Shown here: positions 57,700-64,000 of the stretch, one piece after another | Layout of the letters: each line of letters begins with the position of its first letter | How positions within the stretch are numbered: the first letter of the stretch is position 1 | DNA from: an uncultured Prevotellaceae bacterium | GTDB lineage: Bacteria; Bacteroidota; Bacteroidia; Bacteroidales; Bacteroidaceae | DNA length: 64,000 nucleotides | NCBI GenBank assembly: GCA_902792685.1 | Contig: CADBAP010000009.1 | Location: forward strand, 7,067 to 71,066 | Reading direction: 5' to 3' | Program-made: the position numbers and the translations under genes | The notes under the pieces: generated by a model | Told to the model about the DNA's origin: nothing | The model's database searches: none | What the model saw: the letters and a program-made list of their open reading frames with translations, nothing else

Positions 57700-59514
57700 A
57701 TGCAAACAGAAGACATCAACACCATCACCAACAAACCATCATGGTTTGAACAGCTACGCAACTGGCGACAGGAGCATATCTCCCCACGACAGTTCACATT
57801 GGCGTTGTCGTTCGTTGTTGGTTTTCTGGTATCTGTAGCAGCATTCGTTTTGCACTTTCTGATTCATCAAATACAAACGCTGTTGACATCGGGTTTCAAT
57901 ACTTCTACATTCAACTGGTTGTATTTGGTCTTTCCTGTCGTCGGTATTTATCTCACGTCCCTGTTTGTCAAATATGTCGTCAAGGACAATATCTCACACG
58001 GTATCACACGCATCCTATATGCTATCTCCTCCAAACGTAGCCATCTGAAAGCACACAACACATGGAGTTCAGTTATAGCCTCAGCCATCACCATCGGATT
58101 CGGTGGATCGGTAGGTGCCGAGGCTCCGATTGTGCTGACAGGCTCTGCTATTGGCAGTAATCTGGGACAGTTCTTTAAGACCGACAACAAAACGCTGATG
58201 CTGATGGTGGGATGTGGTGCAGCAGCAGCCATCGCTGGTATTTTCAAAGCCCCAATCGCAGGATTGGTATTCACGCTTGAAGTATTGATGTTCGATCTGA
58301 CAATGGCGTCATTGTTACCCATCCTCATCTCTACCGTTACCGCTACCTGTTTCTCGTATCTGTTTACCGGAACAGCACCTCTGTTCACCTTCCAGATGGA
58401 AAGCGAATGGTTATTAGAGCGCGTTCCTGCAACGATTCTATTAGGAATAGCCTGCGGATTGCTGTCACTCTACTTCATACGAGTGATGAACTTCTGTGAA
58501 AGCGGATATGCTAGATTAGCCAACCACCGATACTGGCGATTGCTAATAGGTGGGCTTGTGTTGAGTAGCCTCATCTTCCTTTTCCCGTCTTTATACGGTG
58601 AAGGATATACTGGTCTTGACATTCTGATCAACGGAAAGACAGAAGCCGACTGGGATGTGATTATGAACAACTCCCTGTTTGCCGGACACGGTGAACTACT
58701 GGTTGTGTATATCGGGCTAGTGGTCATCACGAAAGTCTTCGCAACCAGTTCCACCAATGGAGCCGGCGGATGCGGAGGTACTTTCGCGCCCTCGCTCTTT
58801 ATTGGTGGATTCGGAGGATTCCTCTTCGCCCGCTTATGGAATATGCATCAGATTGGTGTATATATCCCAGAAAAAAACTTCACGCTTTACGGAATGGCAG
58901 GAGTGATGGCAGGTGTCATGCACGCTCCCCTCACAGGTATATTCCTGATTGCTGAGCTTACGGGAGGATACCAGTTGTTCATTCCGTTGATGATTGTATC
59001 CATCTGTGCATACCTCACCATCAGCATCTTCGAGAAGCACAGCATCTATGGCATGCGTTTAGCACGTGAAGGAAAACTCATCACCCATCACACCGACCAT
59101 GCTGTACTCACGCTGATGAGTCTTGATAGCGTTATTGAAAAAGACTACGAATCGGTTGGCCCTGATATGGAGATGGGTAAGATGCTGCACGTCTTCAGCG
59201 GCAGTCGTCTCAGCTATCTGCCCGTTCTGGATAGCGCCGGTAAATTGCTGGGAATCATCGACATTCGTAAGATCAGACATATTATGTTCCGAACGGAACT
59301 ATACCATCGTTTCCGCGTCAGTCAACTGATGCACGAACCGAAGACCACCCTGGGTGTCAACGAGTCAATGGATCAGGTGATGAATAAGTTCGAAGAGACA
59401 AATGCCGACGTACTACCTGTTGTCGATTTAGACAATCACTTTGTTGGTTACATCACCCGCACCCACATATACACCGTCTATCGTCAGATGGTAGCAGATA
59501 TGAGTGAGGAATAG
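57700..59514 (+). CDS. ClC chloride channel/antiporter with CBS domains
   Basis: GSVGAEAP, GIFKAPI, GGTFAPSL, tandem CBS C-terminus; ATG 57700 after the recN stop. Confidence 0.92.
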   Translation: MQTEDINTITNKPSWFEQLRNWRQEHISPRQFTLALSFVVGFLVSVAAFVLHFLIHQIQTLLTSGFNTSTFNWLYLVFPVVGIYLTSLFVKYVVKDNISHGITRILYAISSKRSHLKAHNTWSSVIASAITIGFGGSVGAEAPIVLTGSAIGSNLGQFFKTDNKTLMLMVGCGAAAAIAGIFKAPIAGLVFTLEVLMFDLTMASLLPILISTVTATCFSYLFTGTAPLFTFQMESEWLLERVPATILLGIACGLLSLYFIRVMNFCESGYARLANHRYWRLLIGGLVLSSLIFLFPSLYGEGYTGLDILINGKTEADWDVIMNNSLFAGHGELLVVYIGLVVITKVFATSSTNGAGGCGGTFAPSLFIGGFGGFLFARLWNMHQIGVYIPEKNFTLYGMAGVMAGVMHAPLTGIFLIAELTGGYQLFIPLMIVSICAYLTISIFEKHSIYGMRLAREGKLITHHTDHAVLTLMSLDSVIEKDYESVGPDMEMGKMLHVFSGSRLSYLPVLDSAGKLLGIIDIRKIRHIMFRTELYHRFRVSQLMHEPKTTLGVNESMDQVMNKFEETNADVLPVVDLDNHFVGYITRTHIYTVYRQMVADMSEE

Positions 59515-59542
59515 ATAGGTTTAACATGAAGCATTAATCATT

Positions 59543-60520
59543 ATGAGAATCGTCTTTATGGGCACACCGGAGTTTGCTGTCGCTACACTCCGCGCTCTTG
59601 TTGAGAAAAAATATAATGTAGTAGCAGTCGTCACACAACCCGACAAACCCGTTGGACGTCACGGAAGTGTGCTTCAACCGTCCGCTGTCAAGCAATATGC
59701 TTTAGAACAGGGTATTCCTGTCCTACAGCCAGAGAAGATGAAAGATCCAGCTTTCATTGAGGAGCTTCGGAGTTATCGTGCCGACTTACAGGTTGTTGTT
59801 GCCTTCCGTATGCTACCAGAGGTTGTATGGTCGATGCCGCGCTTCGGCACCTTCAACGTGCATGCAGCTCTCCTACCCCAATATCGAGGTGCAGCACCCA
59901 TCAACTGGGCTGTCATCAACGGAGAGACACAAACAGGTGTCACTACCTTCTTTCTCGATCATGACATCGACACGGGCCGCGTCATCATGCAACGTCCTTT
60001 TGATATTCCTGATGATGCGGACGTGGAATACGTCTATGACGGACTGATGCATCTGGGTGCACAAATTTGCTTAGATACCATTCAGAAGATTGAAGAAGGC
60101 GACGGTTTTGTTGAAACGCTTCCGCAGGAAGAGATGATTCCTGTTGGTACGGCCCTCTATGCGGCTCCGAAGATATTCAAGGATACTTGCCGTATCAACT
60201 GGAACCAACCTGCCAAGAAGATCTACGATTTCATTCGTGGACTCAGCCCCTATCCTGGCACATGGACGCAGCTGCAGATAGCCGATCAGCAACCGCAGGT
60301 ACTGAAAATCTACCAGTCGGCCAAGAGTCAGCGTCCTGCCAACAATGAACCTGGAACATTGATCGTTGAGAAAAACAAGCTGTTCATCAATACTGCCGAC
60401 TACCAGTTGGAGATTTTCCAACTACAGCCTGCCGGCAAGCGTCGTATGGCTGCCGGAGATTTCCTCAATGGCATACAGAAGTTTATGAATCAACAGAATA
60501 CACCGATTGCCGTCATCTGA
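59543..60520 (+). CDS. fmt: methionyl-tRNA formyltransferase
   Basis: FMGTPEFA, VTQPDKP, NVHAALLPQYRGAAPINW, APKI. Confidence 0.96.
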   Translation: MRIVFMGTPEFAVATLRALVEKKYNVVAVVTQPDKPVGRHGSVLQPSAVKQYALEQGIPVLQPEKMKDPAFIEELRSYRADLQVVVAFRMLPEVVWSMPRFGTFNVHAALLPQYRGAAPINWAVINGETQTGVTTFFLDHDIDTGRVIMQRPFDIPDDADVEYVYDGLMHLGAQICLDTIQKIEEGDGFVETLPQEEMIPVGTALYAAPKIFKDTCRINWNQPAKKIYDFIRGLSPYPGTWTQLQIADQQPQVLKIYQSAKSQRPANNEPGTLIVEKNKLFINTADYQLEIFQLQPAGKRRMAAGDFLNGIQKFMNQQNTPIAVI

Positions 60521-61192
60521 TTATTTCACCAGTACCTGACGGCCATTCTGAATATAGACTCCCTTCAGCATTTGACCATTTGACGGTTTGACGATTTTAC
60601 GGCCTTGCAGATCATACCAGGCCTCAGACACTTTGTCAAATTGTAAATTGTCAAATTGTCCAATAATATTTATCCCCGTCTCTCCGCCCGTCCTGCGGTA
60701 GATTTGTATATCCTCTTTGGATGTTGCATAGTCGTATCCTCTGAAGTCATGCGGAGGACCAGGGCTGAACCGCAAATATGCATGGGAGCTTTTATTGAAT
60801 TTCACCGTTGCCTTTCCTTCTACGATGGTAAAGGTCACCTTCGTACCAGCTGTCGAAACCGTATTGGTTTCCAAAATGGCATTGGAGGAACCTTTGGCAT
60901 AGAGGTATTTCCCGGTATTTTGTGTTTTCAGCACCCAGTTACTACCCGACTTCTCTAAGACCAGCAACGTCATTCCTTCACCACTAATGGTGTTTCCACT
61001 CACAGCGACACTCACACCCGACCGATAGTTGCCACTTTGTGGTCCCAATGCCGTTTGATAATCAGCATTTGCCACCACCAGCACGTCTCCCTCTGCCAAA
61101 GAAGAAACATCAGTCACCAACTCGTATGCTACTTGTGCATACAATGAAAACGCGCTCATCAGCGCACAGATCATCAATAGAATTCTTTTCAT
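60521..61192 (-). CDS. secreted protein with Prevotella-type T9SS-like C-terminal signal
   Basis: signal peptide; C-terminal YDLQGRKI...KGVYIQNGRQVLVK. Confidence 0.7.
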   Translation of the reverse strand: MKRILLMICALMSAFSLYAQVAYELVTDVSSLAEGDVLVVANADYQTALGPQSGNYRSGVSVAVSGNTISGEGMTLLVLEKSGSNWVLKTQNTGKYLYAKGSSNAILETNTVSTAGTKVTFTIVEGKATVKFNKSSHAYLRFSPGPPHDFRGYDYATSKEDIQIYRRTGGETGINIIGQFDNLQFDKVSEAWYDLQGRKIVKPSNGQMLKGVYIQNGRQVLVK

Positions 61193-61260
61193 AGATTAGT
61201 CCCTTTCAATTGTTATCAAAAAGAACCACCCTTAAAGTGATTTAGATTATATGAATTTTG

Positions 61261-61335
61261 TGATTCCGTTGGGGTTCGAACCCAAGACCTACTGCTTAGA
61301 AGGCAGTTGCTCTAATCCAACTGAGCTACGGAACC
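61261..61335 (-). tRNA. tRNA-Arg(TCT)
   Basis: GGTTCCG/CGGAATC acceptor stem, TAGCTCAGTTGGA D arm, CT-TCT-AA anticodon loop, GGTTCGAA T loop; CCA not encoded. Confidence 0.95.
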
Positions 61336-61357
61336 GACCTTATTTGCAAAAGCGGTG

Positions 61358-61410
61358 CAAAGGTACGAATAAGTGAGGAAAATACAAAATAAAAGTAGTT
61401 TTATTTTTAT
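61358..61410 (-). promoter_or_regulatory. promoter module for tRNA-Arg, same family as 1104-1156
   Basis: minus strand ATAAAAATAAAA-CTAC-TTTTATTTTGTATT-n15-TACCTTTG. Confidence 0.65.
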
Positions 61411-61442
61411 TTTCGAACGAGAGTTCCTTATTTTGCTACTTT

Positions 61443-63089
61443 TTACCGATACTTCTCCAAGAACTTATCGGCTTGCACATGCCCCAAAGCCTTTGCCTTT
61501 TCGATGCTCGCTCGTCCTTCGGCCTTCTTCCCTTCCTCACAAAGGGCTATACCCAGCACCAGATGGGCGTCGGCATAGTCGGCATCGAGTTCGAGGGCGT
61601 GCTTGGCCGCTTCGATGGCTGTCTCCCGTTTACCGATACGCAGACTGAGGTTTGCCAGTTCCGCATAGTACAACGGCTCTTTCGGCTCCAGACGGATGGC
61701 AATAAGAATGTCGTTAAGTGCCTGCTGGAACAGCTTTCCCTTCGCCTCACACTGTTCACGCATATAGTAGAAATCGGCAGAGAGATTCCCGCGATTGAAA
61801 TACTCATAGGTGAAATAGTCCAACATCGCCTTGCGATACTGTCCCATTTTCTCCTCCTGACCGGCTCGTGCCAGGAAATATGGTGCCGATGTTGACACGT
61901 AAGGTGTATCGCATACAGCGATAGCATTGTCGAGTAGCGCCAGTATCTCGTCATCGCTGGCACCCAGCTGCGTCTTGCATTGTGCGGCCTCGAAATAAAG
62001 TTCCGGATTGCGCATCGTGCTGTTCACAAGTGTCATAAACTGGTCGTAGGCTTGTTGATAGTTGCCGCGCACAAAAGTAACCTGTGCCAGTAAGTGATCA
62101 AAGGCAGGCTCCGACTTGATTTGTTGGGCAGCCTTCGTCTCTGCTTCTACCTTATCTAATGTCCAGTCGGCAGGTAGCGAACCCTCTTTGGCCATACCTG
62201 CTGTCAGTGCCTGATAGATCAGACGGGCATAGTTGAAATGGGCCTCGTCTTTCTTCGTGGCTTTCTTCAAAGCATTCTTCAGTGTCTCGTCAGCAAGCGT
62301 ATAGTTCTGGGCAGCTATCGCCTTGGATGCAAGCGCATAATAGCCGTCATTGGCCTCAGGAAACAAATGGATGAAGTCTTGAATGGCTGCATCATACTTC
62401 TCGCTGCTGTCGCTGGCAGCCAACATCAGGGCGATTTGTGCCTGTTGAATGTTTGTGGGCATCGCCAAACGAATCTTTGTATTGCGCAACAATGGGTCGT
62501 TTACAGAAAGGCCGCTGAGTTGGAACTCACCAGTATATCGTACGTCCACAGTGCTGGCAGCCGTTGATGACTGATGAGCCAAACCGACAGCTTGTCCGTT
62601 GGCATTAACGACCGCTGCACCGTCAATTTCCCCATCGGTTCCGCTAAGCAGACAGTAGGCATATTTATTCATAAACTGCTCAACACTGCTGATGGTAACC
62701 GCCTGCGGTTTCAAACTGCGTGTAATCAGATAAGCCTGACTGTTGGATGACGGCTGTTGGGTAATGGATGCGGTATAGGCAGGTGCTTTCCCCTCAACGG
62801 TAAACCGTGCGATGTCGTAAAGTTCGTTAGCACCCATCAGGGTTGTCACCTGATGCCGTTGTCCGTTGGCATCAGTCACTTCCGCACGAGCCGCACCGTT
62901 GAAAGGTGTCCAGCTGCTGACCGCCTGACCGTCGGCCGTGATAAAGAAACCATTTGTCGTAGCCAATACCGATCCGTCTTCTTTATAAGTAGTAAGCGTG
63001 AAAACCGCGTTTGCGGCTTTCTTCACTGCTGCCGGCTGTGCACCTGCAATCATACTGATGAACAGCAGGCAGATTGTAATTTTTCTCAT
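61443..63089 (-). CDS. secreted protein with degenerate trypsin-like domain plus TPR repeats
   Basis: signal peptide, NGFFITADG.AV, YDIARF, VVNANGQAVG; C-terminal TPR helices. Confidence 0.8.
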   Translation of the reverse strand: MRKITICLLFISMIAGAQPAAVKKAANAVFTLTTYKEDGSVLATTNGFFITADGQAVSSWTPFNGAARAEVTDANGQRHQVTTLMGANELYDIARFTVEGKAPAYTASITQQPSSNSQAYLITRSLKPQAVTISSVEQFMNKYAYCLLSGTDGEIDGAAVVNANGQAVGLAHQSSTAASTVDVRYTGEFQLSGLSVNDPLLRNTKIRLAMPTNIQQAQIALMLAASDSSEKYDAAIQDFIHLFPEANDGYYALASKAIAAQNYTLADETLKNALKKATKKDEAHFNYARLIYQALTAGMAKEGSLPADWTLDKVEAETKAAQQIKSEPAFDHLLAQVTFVRGNYQQAYDQFMTLVNSTMRNPELYFEAAQCKTQLGASDDEILALLDNAIAVCDTPYVSTSAPYFLARAGQEEKMGQYRKAMLDYFTYEYFNRGNLSADFYYMREQCEAKGKLFQQALNDILIAIRLEPKEPLYYAELANLSLRIGKRETAIEAAKHALELDADYADAHLVLGIALCEEGKKAEGRASIEKAKALGHVQADKFLEKYR

Positions 63090-63091
63090 TT

Positions 63092-63661
63092 TTATTTCCT
63101 TATTATCGTTACTTCACCATTCTGAGTCAGTTTGACAATACTCGAAGGAGTATGAGGCTTGTGTTCCTGACGGCGTGACTTACAAACATAGTCAACAGCT
63201 TGCAGAATCTCCTCACTGATATCCCGATAGTTCTGTGCTGCCGGCTCACCGCTGATATTCGCACTGGTGCTGACAAGCGGTTTTTGGAAGCGGTAGCACA
63301 GTTCCTTGGAAAACTCCTCATGGGTGATGCGCATCGCAATACTGCCATCATCTGCAATCAGATTGGGTGCAAGGTTGACGGCATTGTCCAAAATAACCGT
63401 CAACGGTTTATTGGCCAACTCCATCATATCCCAAGCCACATCGGGCACATTTCGGACATAGCGTTGTAAACGCACATCGGAGTCAACCAGACAAATCATC
63501 GCCTTATGGTCGTCGCGTTGCTTGATGGCATAGACGCGAGCCACCGCTTCTGCATTCGTAGCATCACATCCGATACCCCAAACAGTATCTGTAGGATAGA
63601 GTATCACCCCACCCTTTCGCAGCACCTCTACGGCCTGCCGTATATCGTCTTCTCTTTCCAT
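63092..63661 (-). CDS. tsaC: L-threonylcarbamoyladenylate synthase (Sua5/YrdC)
   Basis: YPTDTVWGIGCD, K.R, STSANISG, PSSIV. Confidence 0.93.
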   Translation of the reverse strand: MEREDDIRQAVEVLRKGGVILYPTDTVWGIGCDATNAEAVARVYAIKQRDDHKAMICLVDSDVRLQRYVRNVPDVAWDMMELANKPLTVILDNAVNLAPNLIADDGSIAMRITHEEFSKELCYRFQKPLVSTSANISGEPAAQNYRDISEEILQAVDYVCKSRRQEHKPHTPSSIVKLTQNGEVTIIRK

Positions 63662-63671
63662 TGTTATGATC

Positions 63672-64000
63672 CTATATCTCCCATCCTAATGCCGATGCAC
63701 CAAGGACAGCTGCGCTGGCACCATCCAGACTACTGATGAGGAACTGCGCCTTTCCTCGGAAGACGGGCATCACATGACGATCGTAAGCCTCTTTGATAGG
63801 ATTCATAATCAAGTCGCCAGCTTTCACCATTCCGCCGAAGAACACAAAAGCTTCCGGACTACAGAAAGTAGCGAAATCAGCACAGGCCTCACCCAGCATC
63901 TTACCCGTAAACTCATAGATATTCTTTGCCAACTCATCACCTTTTCCTGCAGCGATAGACACATCGAGCGAAGTGATGTCGTCAGGATTCAGGTCGCGCA
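63672..64000 (-). CDS. ROK-family sugar kinase, C-terminal part (runs off the right edge)
   Basis: A.KGDELA, SPEAFVFFGG, AAVLGASAL. Confidence 0.85.
   Translation of the reverse strand, partial: RDLNPDDITSLDVSIAAGKGDELAKNIYEFTGKMLGEACADFATFCSPEAFVFFGGMVKAGDLIMNPIKEAYDRHVMPVFRGKAQFLISSLDGASAAVLGASALGWEI

Noticed and set aside
60521..61335. genomic island integrated at tRNA-Arg
   Set aside because: No integrase and no duplicated tRNA 3' end seen; only one secreted-protein gene lies between the tRNA and fmt.

Overview
This window is chromosomal core DNA from a Bacteroidales bacterium, most likely Prevotella-like (inferred from gene content and many TAnnTTTG -7 promoter boxes). It carries about 55 mostly + strand housekeeping genes: purine, pyrimidine, His and Lys synthesis, the lipid A cluster, yidC, dnaN-exonuclease-coaBC-porD-recN, fmt and tsaC, plus one tRNA-Arg(TCT). 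The one clearly accessory stretch is about 28.1-31.0 kb. It holds an AT-rich orphan membrane-protein gene and a ~713 bp protein-free nested inverted structure. That structure has 165-bp arms with outward-facing promoters, convergent GCCACGCA octamers and a perfect 42-bp pure-A/T palindrome, and it looks like a replication origin or end-junction of an unknown element. It is followed by a 22-bp phased palindrome array, a REP/heptamer mosaic and a structured leader upstream of queDE. Other oddities are a natural HisA-HisF fusion, an lpxD broken by a deletion/frameshift, and a window-wide pattern of 7/8-nt tandem arrays that supply stop codons or sit in frame in protein linkers. Product calls come from motif recognition only; no database search was run.
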